A stretch of 62,980 bases of DNA, the filler included, from Choristocarpus tenellus KU-1152 (Eukaryota > Protista > Phaeophyceae): assembly GCA_964200185.2 (NCBI GenBank). It is 6 parts of 6 records of this genome, joined end to end, with 100 filler letters (N's around TTAATTAATTAA, not from the genome) between each part and the next. Parts side by side here need not be neighbours in the genome. Positions count along the whole stretch, not along the records: positions 28,471 to 33,825 come from CAXNAD020011058.1; positions 33,926 to 37,017 come from CAXNAD020022375.1; positions 37,118 to 45,653 come from CAXNAD020004607.1; 3 more parts are not named here. One strand, 5' to 3'. Position 1 is the first letter of the stretch, and each line of letters opens with the position of its first letter. Shown piece after piece: positions 28,474 through 39,574 of the stretch. Position numbers and translations under genes: made by a program. The notes beneath the pieces are model-generated. The model searched no databases. It was given only the letters and a program-made list of their open reading frames with translations, and had not been told where the DNA came from.

Positions 28474-29760
28474 ATGGCGGGGGAACAACCCAGGGACCTG
28501 CCCCCCCGCAGTATGGTCAGCTCATCTACCAATCACTTTGCAGTATTGGAGGACAGCGGTGAAGCAGAAGACCAACCGCCCCTAACCAACCTGTGCGATG
28601 ATTATTTGGAGAGAATTCTGATGGACTTCAGGGCAGGGAAGATTCAGGATCATACTTTGGTGATGTCAGCGCTTCAAGCATCAGCAGCGCTGAAGCCGAA
28701 CAAAAAACAGTTAAGTCCAGGCACATCCCAAACCACGAACTGACCTTACATACCCAACACCCTATGGGCTAAAGATCTAATGTCGATAAAATTCTTTGAA
28801 TCGGACAAAGATGGTAGACAGTGCATCGCAGTTCCGGACTTAATCTCGCTTTTTTCTGAATATCGCTCTCGGATTTGTTCATTAGCCATGGTAAAAAAAG
28901 AATCGGTACCAACGCGGGAACACGAAACCTACGAACAAACCCTAGACGATTTGTGTTTACGGAACTTCGTACACATGCACCCGTCAGGGAATTCGTTATC
29001 ACAGCGCCACGGCCGAACTTTCTTTGTCAACACTCATTTTGCATCTTGGAACCAATTGGTAGAGGAGTTTACCCGTCAATTTGCATCACAGTTTCCTTTG
29101 GATAACTACTTTCACAATACGATTCACCTTCACATGCCAGAGTGGATGCAGAGTAGTTCAAACAGTGGACAATTTCGTCCAACTCATTCCTGTTAATGAG
29201 GAAGGGCAACCGAAGTTTTCAGATTGCTTAGCTATGCGTGTTTTCAACTTCAGAGCTCAACCCTCCATCGTACGAGCCATCCGATCATTACCGAACCCAC
29301 CAAAAAAATTGGTGAACTGATAGATGCAGCTGCGTTAGCAGATGCGTCAGGGTCGGGTCTGGAGTTTGGTGACCGTTCATACCGCAACGACACAGTGTCA
29401 GCTATAAGCGCGGAAAATCTACTTGATTTACCTGTCACTGATCTGCGTTTTTCTGACTTGGAGCCGCTACACAAGTTGGCTAAAGAACAGCAAGCGGAAT
29501 TACAGATATGGCGGACGAAGAAGTGCAACAACACTACTCCTGCTCGAGACCAAGCACCCCCATAGGAAAAATCAGACAAAAACGCGTACGCGCTGAGTCC
29601 AAACATCATTTTTGTGAATTTCCGGGATGTCGTGCTAGATCTAGAAGAGGCCACAGTACAGAGCATTGTTTTTTCAACCCAAATGGCGACAATTTCAAAC
29701 CTGATTATCTCCCTCGCACAAAATTAACAACCCCAACCCCAAAGCCCCCAACGAAATGAT
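28474..29760 (+). pseudogene. Degenerate retroelement gag-like ORF
   Basis: Consecutive frameshifted ORFs with the capsid-type motif SWNQLVEEFTRQF and a terminal CCHC-like knuckle CEFPGCRARSRRGHSTEHC; no recognisable pol downstream. Confidence 0.55.
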
Positions 29761-30078
29761 GCAACAAATTGTTGCAGCCCTTACTGCTTCGTTGTCAAAA
29801 CAAGGTTCGATGGAGGTCTTAACTCCCCAAGATCGGACTAGTCAGAGTACTTCAAAGGGAGATGGGAAAGTCAACAATCTTGTATAGGGGTGCCCAGCAG
29901 AAGTAGTTCCCTCTTCTTGGGTTGGGTCAGAGTTTATTGATAGGGCTTCTCATTTAGGAGGTGTTATCAATTGGTTTCCTTACCAGTAGTGAGCAATGTT
30001 ACGACAACTGGTCACTCAGATAGGTTAAATAAAACAATACAGGGGCAACACCTGCCTAAACCACATCTTTGCATTTAT

Positions 30079-30295
30079 TCTTTGGGATACGACCCAGAAG
30101 TGGACAACCAACCAAGTTGTTCACCAAATCGGCCACTTGATGATGAATTTGAACAAACACTGTCTCAATCAAATCATTCCAATACCTCTTTGGGATCCGA
30201 CCCAGAAGTGGACAACCAACCAAGTTGTTCACCAAATCGGCCACTTGATGAATTTGAACACTGTCTCAATCAAATCATTCTAACCATTCCTTGGG
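30079..30295. repeat. Tandem duplication, 108-bp period
   Basis: TCTTTGGGAT(A/C)CGACCCAGAAGTGGACAACCAACCAAGTTG... begins at 30079 and again at 30187. Confidence 0.9.
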
Positions 30296-30764
30296 CTCCA
30301 ACCCTGCAGTAAAAAAACCTACGAAGGCTAATCACTCAAAATGGCAAAATTACAATCCACTGCCTCCCCCCACGACTGATTGGACCCTGCCTAACACATA
30401 AATACTAAATCCGCTTTTTGTGGTCTTTAGTATTTAAGTAAACACTAGAGACCACAAAAAAACGGATCTACGGTATGAAAGGTTAGCGGTAATCTTGAAT
30501 ACGGTTGAACACTCAAAACACGTGTGTTAGGGTTTTTCCTAAAGTAGAATGATATTCTTATCTTTACACCAACACATACAGATAAAACCACATCCTTCAT
30601 TGATCTAATATGTTTGAAACGAAAAGGTCACAAAAAAAAATTGTCTCTTTTCAATATGAAATTGTATGCTGTTCGATATTCCTTTTCTCATATAGCACAC
30701 TTGTCAACAGAAAGAGAAAAAACCGAAACTCAAGAACCGCTTTTTGTAGTCTCTAGTATTTTTA

Positions 30765-30883
30765 GGGCCAAAGTATCTTAGAGGGTAGAGCCATGTCCAT
30801 TTGGGGTCAAAATACAATGTTGTGATTTTGATGTAATTTGATGTAATTTTGACTATCGTGTACCCTCTAAAATAGCTTCACTC
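30765..30883 (-). mobile_element. MITE family A, internally deleted (119 bp)
   Basis: GGGCCAAAGTATCTTAGAGGG ... CCCTCTAAAATAGCTTCACTC; perfect 4-bp TSD TTTA. Confidence 0.85.
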
Positions 30884-31299
30884 TTTAAGAATACAAATGT
30901 CCAACAATTTCAGGTTTTGTATCTCGAAAAAATGGAGGGTTCCATTTTTTTTGGGACCTTATGGTTTCTGGACATTGGAAATCATTAATTATCATCAATT
31001 AAGTATGTCCTACTACCACCTTCGGCATGGATTCCCATTCAAAAAGGGACCCTTAAAAAGTGCCGCAACATTTACAAAAAAAAAACATATCGGCACTTTT
31101 TCCGCACCATTTTCGGTCAAAACCATCCTCAATAGTACGCTCCATCCTCAATTATTAAAATCCACTGTTATATACAGGGTAAAATCAGGTTCAAGCAGGG
31201 TGAAGGACCTGCCACAGCAGTATGGTGAGGTAGGTTCTAGCTAGGTCATGGCAACAAATGCAAATTCAATATTGTGGCAATGTGTTCAAACTCGAGAAA

Positions 31300-32700
31300 G
31301 AATGGAAAGTAAGAAGATGAATCTTCACAGAACATGACAAGAACAAATCTCAGCTACTACTAACTCACACTACGGGAGGCTCACTCACTACTAAACTCTG
31401 TACATTAGACTAAAAAAAAATCGAACGCATTCATGAGAATCCAAAGGCAAGCTTGTCCTTCAGTAGTTGTCTGGAAACCTGCTACTGTGACAAAGCATCG
31501 TAAAAAGGAGAAGTCGTCACCAACCACTAATGCTGGGCATGACAACATAACCATCACTGGGCCAGACATGTTCATAGTTTGGACAGTGTGCCATGATTGT
31601 AGTGGCGCGAAGGACTGTGAGACCATGCTCTAGTCCCCAGGACAGAAGATTTGGGTACTCTTGTGGGCAATGGAACCTGAGGGGATGTAAGAAAATGTAT
31701 TTCAAGGCGTAAGGGTCAGGATTATTACGTGAAGGATAAAATAATCAGATGAAGAAAACTGAGAAGTTGGGTCTGTTCAATGATGTAAGAGTTTTCTTCA
31801 GTCATTGGTGGGCTAGTCGTTTCTTCAGGTCAGGAGTGTGTATATGACCTTTTACCCAAGAACCGTGGTCTTTTTCTTACTTAGGCATAGCAAGTCCAGC
31901 CTCGAAGTGGATGAAGCTGGCCTTGGCGAACAACGCACGGAAGACTACCTCTGACTCTGTTGTGGTGTGTCCCATAAGGCAGAACCCTGCCAATGAGTAG
32001 GGTATTTTATGTAACAGCAACAGGACATTCAGTCTACTAAGTAGTTCTCTAGAAGATTTGTATGATAGGATTGAGTGGATACATTAGCCACATGTCTTGA
32101 AAGAAAATATGGCTAGGATAGGATTCATCAACAAGAACTATTGGCTGACCTGTAGTGTATCCCACAATACGCCCATCTTTCTGATCTCGTGCAACAAGTC
32201 TAAGCAGGGCAAAGAGGGCGAGACACACACCAGTGGAAGGGGGAAGGGCGTCAGGTAACCCAACAGAGAGATGTGGTCAATAGGAAGTACCCCAGGCACT
32301 CATTTGCTGTTGAAAATAGGACTGCATCAATACATATCAGTACAAGTATCCACAGAGGACCACAGGTGTTCAACTGGACTCATAAGTGCGCAGGAAAGCA
32401 ATATCTTATTCCGCAGTGCTTGGACAAAATAAAACAACGACCAATGGGACACTCAACTGCACAAAAAGCACGATGGCTCCATATGCTTAGACTTGTTGCG
32501 CTGGACGTTTTTGTTTCCTTGCAGGCATTTAGGGAGAATCAAAAGTAACATACGAGATTTCATAGCATACACCAGTAACATCCCAAAGGGAAAAAAGGTA
32601 GTGGACTTGATTACAGTCTTGTTCCTTACAGGTCGATTTGGCATTCTCTGCCATTGAAAGCTGAGTGATTACCTGTACTGCTGTTATCACTGCCGTAGTT
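31300..32700 (-). mobile_element. Possible highly decayed CRE-like non-LTR remnant
   Basis: Minus-strand fragments ECPIGRCFI (~32445; compare GAPIGTDAFV) and KIPYSLAGFCLMGHTTTESEVVF (~32008; compare the post-RT LP..LGG.GL motif) occur in the expected order. Weak evidence. Confidence 0.35.
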
Positions 32701-32722
32701 GAGATCCAAAGAATTGAAGACA

Positions 32723-32959
32723 GTACGAGTTTTGCCCTGTTTGTCCGTTCGGGGGTTGGCTTAGTGTTAGGGTTTTTTATGCCCCTTTTCGGTTTTCGAA
32801 ACACTTCAGAGTAGGTAAAATATATACCACTATGAAAACTGTGTCTGGAGCAAGGATATTGATGCTAGCAAACACGATAGCCAAAATTATATCAAAATCA
32901 GAACGTTGGATTTTGGACCCCAAACAGATGCGGCCCTACCCTCTTAAATGCCTTGACTA
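32723..32959 (+). mobile_element. MITE family A, lacking left TIR
   Basis: GTACGAGTTTTGCCCTGTTTGTCC...CTACCCTCTTAAATGCCTTGACTA, colinear with family A. Confidence 0.8.
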
Positions 32960-33925
32960 TTGAACTTCAGAATGGAATGTTACCAATCACTTTGATCAGA
33001 TAGCTACCAGAGAAAATTCGGATATTGAACATCTCTTCTGATAGTTGACTCGGAGGTTAACCAGGTGTAAGCGGAAAGCAGTTGAATCATCTGCGCAAAG
33101 TGTTTGGCTACGAATTAGCTTATCTCTTTGCATCCTACGCTTTTCACAAAAGTGAGCATGAACATAAACACGAACATGGACTATTTTCATCTGCACAAAT
33201 AATACTAAACTGTGCGGTATTGAATATTTTCTTTTGAAACAGTCTGGTTCTGGTTACTGCGCATTTCAAATACACTTCACTCAATGCATCAGGAACGATG
33301 ATTACTTGGGGATCGGTGTCATGTCATTCAGCCTTCCAGCAATTGACTTTGAACGGTCCCAGTCATTAGATCCGTGGGCTGCACAGAACAGCTCAGCACA
33401 CCCAGCAACATCACCTTCCTTCATGGGAGTGATCGATACTCCTGGCAGTTCCTCTGCTGCAACCAACCCTGGGTCCAGGAATCCCCCAATGTAATGGAGA
33501 AGGTGCTTTACCTGTGGGGCAGGGTAGTTTCAAGACCAAGTGTGAAGAGGAAGGATGTGTGCGTAGTATTTACAGTGTGGGCTCAGGCAAGGAAGAAAGT
33601 GCTTCAATCCGTGCCAGGATAAAAGTTTTTACATGGTGCTTGTTACTTGCTGACTGCCTCTGACAAGTGTCTTGTATACCAGAAAGTAGTTGAAATAATG
33701 TGTCAAGATTATGCTTGACCATTTATGAGAATATGATTGGAAGTATTATTTTATATACGCACAGAAGATAATGCGGAACATTCGGGATATTTAGGCGGGG
33801 TATTTGATCGGAAGAAACCGACGGANNNNNNNNNNNNNNNNNNNNNNNNNNNNNNNNNNNNNNNNNNNNTTAATTAATTAANNNNNNNNNNNNNNNNNNN
33901 NNNNNNNNNNNNNNNNNNNNNNNNN

Positions 33926-33966
33926 CCAAATGGACAGCCGCCACCCCCTCCCAGATACCCTGAGCC
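33926..33966 (-). mobile_element. MITE family B terminus at the contig start
   Basis: CCAAATGGACAGCCGCCACCCCCTCCAGATACCCTGAGCC. Confidence 0.75.
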
Positions 33967-34525
33967 TTATCAGAACCTTTTACTGGTGATTGATTAGAGA
34001 AAGGTTCTCATATAAAAGGAAATATTTCTGATTTTATGGGGTGCTGCATGCCCCACTTAGCTTTAATCAATCACTCTACAGACACCAAGCAATCTCTCTG
34101 GGTTTATCAACATTACCCTCTTTGATGATTTGGGAGATACTTTAACACAATATATTGAACCTTCGGTTTCTAACCCATCATTTCATCATGTCTACACGAG
34201 GAGATGCGATTCTACCTGTTCCTGTCGAGGGCCCGTCTATTCAAGAATTGCGGGAGCGTGTTCCTGCGAGGGCCCATCTGTCCAAGAATTCAGACAGCTT
34301 ATGGCGACAGTAGCGGATTTGTCAAGAAACGTTGGCAATCTCATGGTGAGGTCCGAAAGAGTCAGCGACGGAAATACCCTGTCGTCCAGGCCGCTGTGCC
34401 TAGCACATGTCCTCCGCCTGGACACGTACCAGTCGAAGTGGGTCCTATGGAACCCATGTTGAGGGAAAATTTCCTAGAGAGGGGAAACAGTTTGGATGCT
34501 GTGAGCGTCAGAAGTGGGGCGAGTC

Positions 34526-34786
34526 GAGTGAAAGTATCTTAGAGGGTACGAGGTATTCCCTGTTTGTCCATTTGAGGCTTATCTTCCCACAGGTTTTTCA
34601 TGACATTTTACCTACTCCAAAATATTTCGGAGTAGATAAAATGTATATACATTATGAAAAGGTGAGTCTGGAGCAAGAATATTGACATCTCCAAAGAAAC
34701 ATGATAGTCAAAATTACAACAAAATTGCAACATTGGATTTTGATCGCCAAATGGACGCAGCTGTACCCTCTAAGATACTTTGGTTC
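34526..34786 (+). mobile_element. MITE family A inside copia gag
   Basis: GAGTGAAAGTATCTTAGAGGG ... CCCTCTAAGATACTTTGGTTC; flanks AGTC/AGTT. Confidence 0.9.
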
Positions 34787-35768
34787 AGTTGGAGGTCCGC
34801 TTCTTTGGAGAGCTTGGGGTCAGGCGCACATAATGTTCGCCCTAAGACAAATAGATCAAGGACCCAACCACTGAAACTATTGGACGACTCGGACTACTGG
34901 GACTGGCAGAGGCGTTTTATCGTGCATTGCAGATATACCCACTGCTTGGGTGCGTTGACAAGTGAAAGACCAGTCAATCAAGAACGCTCCTACAAGGAAC
35001 TTCTCTCGGATGGCTTCAGTGCAAATGATATCTAGATGGCCGAAGAGGCCTACCATGCACTTACTGTTGCTCTCGTTGCACCCACCACCAGGGCGCTGTG
35101 CTATACACACCAAAACCCGAGCGATCTTTTCTGAGAAATGGATGACTGGTTCATGTCTAATACAGTGGGTAATAGCCAACATGTGTTCCGTGAGTTTTTC
35201 TCTTCAAAGGTGGAGAAGGGGGCAAATCCGATCCTGACATTAAACCACTTGAAAGAGCTACGGGGGAGAATGCTATCAATGGACCTGGTGATCTCGGACA
35301 AGCTGCTGCTCCTACAGTTCCTGAGTGATCTTGGATCAGATTACAATACTGAGATACGCATGATGGTCTCGCAGAGGACACTATGTCAAGCAGACATAGA
35401 GAAACCTGCTAGGGAGAGATATGCTTCCCTTCATGAGGGGAAGGATTCAAGGCAAAAGAACAGGCACACTTTGGTTGTTAACAGCTCATCACAGGGGAAG
35501 TCAATCTCACCGTAATGGCCAAGGTCGCGGGGTCGAACATAAATTTCATGGTGGAAGAAAGAAAAATGGTTCTAATTCCAATCCCAAAAGTTCCAAGAAG
35601 ATTCCTTGTGAGAGGTGTGTTAAGAACGGACACCAGAAGACAGCTTGCCCAAACCGCATTTGCACCAAGTGTGGTGGACGTGCCCATAATGCTACAGCAT
35701 GCGCTTCAGCATTCATGACTACGGTGGAGTCCGGGAAAGAAGGGATCGAGACTGAAGCGAATCCTTCC

Positions 35769-36027
35769 GGGTGAAAATATCTTAGAGGGTACGATTTTTG
35801 CCCTGTTTGTCCATTTGGGGCTTGACTTCCAACGTTTTTATTATGACGTTTTACCTACTCCAATATGTTTTGGAGTAGGCAAAATGTATACTTTATAAAA
35901 ACTTGTGTCCGGAACAAGGATATTGACACTTCCAAACAAACCCGATAGCCAACATTACATGAAAATTGCAACATTGGATTTCGGACCCCAAATGGACACG
36001 GCTCTGCCCTCTAAGATACTCTGACTC
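35769..36027 (+). mobile_element. MITE family A inside copia
   Basis: GGGTGAAAATATCTTAGAGGG ... CCCTCTAAGATACTCTGACTC; perfect 4-bp TSD TTCC. Confidence 0.92.
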
Positions 36028-36178
36028 TTCCCCCATTACTATGGAAAGTATCACCAGCTGCGGCGACAACAAGCAGTACGCACTCCGAGCAATAATGCTC
36101 CAGGCAAGTGTGGGGAAAACGAATGTTGGGGTTGGTTGCAAGAAAAAAGAATGGATTTTGGACATTGCAGCTTCATGC

Positions 36179-36358
36179 GGCTCAAAGTATCTGGGGGAAG
36201 GGTGGCTGCTGTCCATTTGGGGCCAATTTGTTCTTGTCACGATTTTTGGATGATTTGGTTCCATACATTGGATGGAAAACGAAAGTGCACTTTTCCTGAT
36301 TTTGGACCAAATGTACACCCTTGTGTAGACCCCCCGCCCCCCCCAGATACTTTGAGTC
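36179..36358 (+). mobile_element. MITE family B (180 bp) inside the copia protease motif
   Basis: GGCTCAAAGTATCTGGGGG ... CCCCCAGATACTTTGAGTC; 3-bp flanks TGC/TGT equal a duplicated Cys codon. Confidence 0.92.
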
Positions 36359-36955
36359 TGTCACATGACAAATATGGTAAACTCCATGGCAAATTACAAG
36401 CCTTGTATTGGAGACCTAAGGGTAGTCACTGCCAGTCAAAATTCCTTTTGCATCGCTAGTCATGGTGATCAAACCATCTTATTTCTGTCGCGTGACAACA
36501 ACGAGGTAGAAATACTCCTTCAAAGTATCGCTCATGTCCCAGATCTTGGATTCAATATTTTTTCTTGCCAAGCAGCAGCCGACAAGGGTGTGGAAGTCAT
36601 TTGCGCAGCCAGTACATTCTCGTTGTTAGATGGAAAACTTATCTTCACAAGAGATCCTGGTTGTCATTACACCCTCCATGGTCAATGCATATTGCTGCGA
36701 CCAGGTCAAAACGCTGAACTTCCTTTAAAGGTCACTATAGCCCCCTCACTTGCACCCCCACGCTCCGCGCACCGACGTTGACATTAACCTCTTCCATCGC
36801 TCTTATAGCCACGCACATGAGGCATTGCTCAAGTCCACCGCCACTTCAATGGGCACTACATTGGTGGGTGAGTTGGAGCCATGTGCGGGCTGCTCTATGA
36901 GCAAGGGCATACAGAAGGGTGTCTGGTCCAGCACATCTACAAGGGCGGTAAGAAA

Positions 36956-37017
36956 GACCCAAAGTATCTGGGGGGGGGGGGGGGGTCTCCCCGAGGGGGC
37001 CCCTTTGGGCAGAGCGG
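36956..37017 (+). mobile_element. MITE family B terminus cut by the contig end
   Basis: GACCCAAAGTATCT followed by a long G run, then the gap. Confidence 0.75.
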
Positions 37018-39048
37018 NNNNNNNNNNNNNNNNNNNNNNNNNNNNNNNNNNNNNNNNNNNNTTAATTAATTAANNNNNNNNNNNNNNNNNNNNNNNNNNN
37101 NNNNNNNNNNNNNNNNNAGGAAGAGTCGGATATTACAGAGACTAAGCATACGGAACATTTGATAGTACAAGTTGATAGTGGATATATTAAATCAACAAAA
37201 AAGAGAGGAAAAGTGATGTAAAATAATGTGATTTTTTTATGACTAAATTTCGGTAATTATAGTTGTCATTTATAGGTAATTATAGTTGTCGCTAGACAAT
37301 TGGACTAAGATCAGTGTTAAGAATTGAGGTGTTTGGGGCATCAAGGTTAAAATATATTAAAATTCAGAAATACTGCTACAAAGAAATACCTCCTTTATCA
37401 AGCACTAGATGCTTTTTTTGCAAAATACTCTACGCTCTGCTAAAACGTGGATAGACTTAGCATGCAGGAAATATTAATATAGGTAGTATATTAATATTTG
37501 CCAATTTCTAGTAACTTTAAGTTCTTCATTTTTTAACATAAGTCTCTCCATATTTGCTTATAGAGAAAACCTATATCACATTATTTTTTCTTTGTTAGTT
37601 GCTGGATATTTGACGCTTACAATTATAAAGCTGCTTAGTGATTAATAATTAGTCAAATTAGCTGTTTGATGGACGATTTGTCCCGTTTCTGTAATTAAAC
37701 CCAAATATTGGCTTAGAAGCATTTGTCCGCGCTACTTTAGTTCCTTTTGTTGTTGGACAATACCCCTTAATTTAAAAATTTATTTTTTTATAAAAAAATT
37801 AAATAAATTTTAATTAATAAATCGTAATCAGCTTTTGATGGAGAATATACTCCTAATTCATGTAGTATATTCTCAGTTATTTCATCTTGTGGAGGCTGAT
37901 AATTAAACTTATTATCTTTTATACTATAGAAATCCTTGACGAGGCAACCGCTATAGATTGTACACCTGTACTATCCCACCACATGCTGCAATACTAGAAA
38001 AATGCTGGAACAGAACGTTGTGGGAAGGTTTCATTGCAAAGAGACACCAAGGTGGATCTATGACGAGATTTGAGGGAGGAGGAGTGATGAGGAATGGAGT
38101 GGCTGAACCTAACGCGCGAGAAGTAAGCCAAGACCAAAGGCTGTACAATTAGTCCTAGTGCAATAGTTGTTACATACAACAATAGTACAGACTATAGTGA
38201 TTCATTTATAATGCAGTGTATGTTTGTTGCCTCTGATGGCAGGTCAAAACAAGCTTACGGACTACATTATAGTTCTATTTTTTGTTATTATCCCATAAAC
38301 ATTTGACTTTGACTTATATTAGAGGAGTAAGGAGTGATAATAATGTGATGAATGGTATTGTGTACCATAAAATTAGTCAGGAGCATCCCCGAAGTAAACA
38401 AGAGGTACCCAGGGGTTTGGCCTTTTTGCATTTCAAGTTATTTTTTCATCTTTTTTTGTAGTTCATCCTTATTTCTAAGGATGAGTAGTATTATTTACTT
38501 CAGACCATTCATCTCTCAATTATTCGAAAATTTTGGCAGAGTTCGAAAATTCCTACACGCATTTGTACTAAAAGTCAAAAAGTCGAAATTTGGACATTTG
38601 TTTGCGTCCTTAAAATAAGTTGGATATCTCTTTTTACTTTGAGTCATGATCTCAACCGGTGGTGGAGAGAGGCACTACATTACACTACTTCTCATACTAA
38701 GTACTATTAATACTAACTGTTATTTTATACTGCCTCCATTCCTGCCTTGCTTCTCACACGTTGGGTTCAGCACTCTTAACTCTCGTGGCTTTCCCCCCCC
38801 CCGAAGTTTCCAAAACAATCTTGATCCGACATTTTTGTGGTATAGGAACAGACAGGATAGGTTGAGATTGAAATATAATATTTGACTCTGCCTTACAGTG
38901 GAGGGCATTGTTGAAACGATGCGAGCCAATTGGTTCAAAAGCTAAATAGAACACTTCAACAAGTAATATTGTGATGTTGTCCGTGTCCCCCTATTAATCA
39001 TTCCATCAATGAAAAATAGTCTCTGGAACACAAGTTTAGTCATTTACA

Positions 39049-39127
39049 GATACTAGTGTGAATGATACTAGTGTGAATGATACTAGTGTGAATGATACTA
39101 GTGTGAATGATACTAGTGTGAATGATA
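39049..39127. repeat. 15-bp perfect tandem repeat x5
   Basis: (GATACTAGTGTGAAT)x5 + GATA. Confidence 0.95.
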
Positions 39128-39175
39128 AGTTTGTGTGCTTCGCACACGTGAGTTCGAATCTCACCAGTGTCGCCA
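39126..39175 (+). pseudogene. 3' half of a tRNA-Ser with encoded CCA (extended primer-binding site on the minus strand)
   Basis: TAA GTTTG / TGTGC-TTC-GCACA-C (long variable arm) / GTGAG-TTCGAAT-CTCAC (T arm) / CAGTGTC / G / CCA. A long variable arm plus discriminator G indicates Ser. No 5' half is present. Confidence 0.85.
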
Positions 39176-39176
39176 A

Positions 39177-39574
39177 TGTGAATTATGTGATTCTCTGGCG
39201 GCGTGGTTCACTCAGACAAGGATGGCAAAGAGAATCACCAGGCAAAACGGACCAGACGAACAAAGACGAACCGTAACCGAGAAGACGAGGTTAAGGTTGG
39301 ACAAGTGCAAATTGAGGAGTGATGAGCATCTTCAGAGATGGGGCTTCATCACCACAAGTCAAGACATGAGAACAAAGTGAATCAGTCATGTGTGACAACT
39401 CTGAATGACGACCTGTCCCAAGTCTGTGGGATTAGCCTCGTGAAGAGATTCCATGGTTTCACTCTGACGGAAGGTCTGCCAGTGGAATCATGGATGTTTG
39501 ACAAGGAACCTCAATCGGTATAACGATATATGACATACAGAAATAACGGTATAACAACAAACATGCTTTCCACA
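39177..39574 (-). mobile_element. Putative LTR (398 bp)
   Basis: On the minus strand it begins TGTGGAA and ends ATTCACA, followed after 1 nt by TGGCGACACTGG (tRNA-complementary PBS). CTAG flanks at 39575-39578 and 39053-39056. Confidence 0.7.

Larger units (their letters stand above)
34188..36955 (+). mobile_element. Degenerate Ty1/copia LTR retrotransposon (gag, protease, start of integrase)
   Basis: LDDSDYWDWQRRF (copia gag N-terminus), LLLQFLSDLGSDYN (UBN2-type gag), two zinc knuckles CERCVKNGHQKTAC and CTKCGGRAHNATAC, protease WILDIAASCHMT (after removing a MITE), IAHVPDLGFNIFS, integrase HHCC LFHRSYSH...CAGCSMSK. Stops and frameshifts present; truncated by a MITE and the gap. Confidence 0.9.

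Noticed and set aside
39049-39127. CRISPR array or coding NDTSV repeat
   Set aside because: Perfect head-to-tail 15-mers with no spacers, no cas genes and a eukaryotic context; the ORF has no ATG start or other support.
39126-39175. Functional tRNA gene
   Set aside because: The 5' half (acceptor 5' strand, D arm) is missing and CCA is encoded, indicating an RNA-derived copy.
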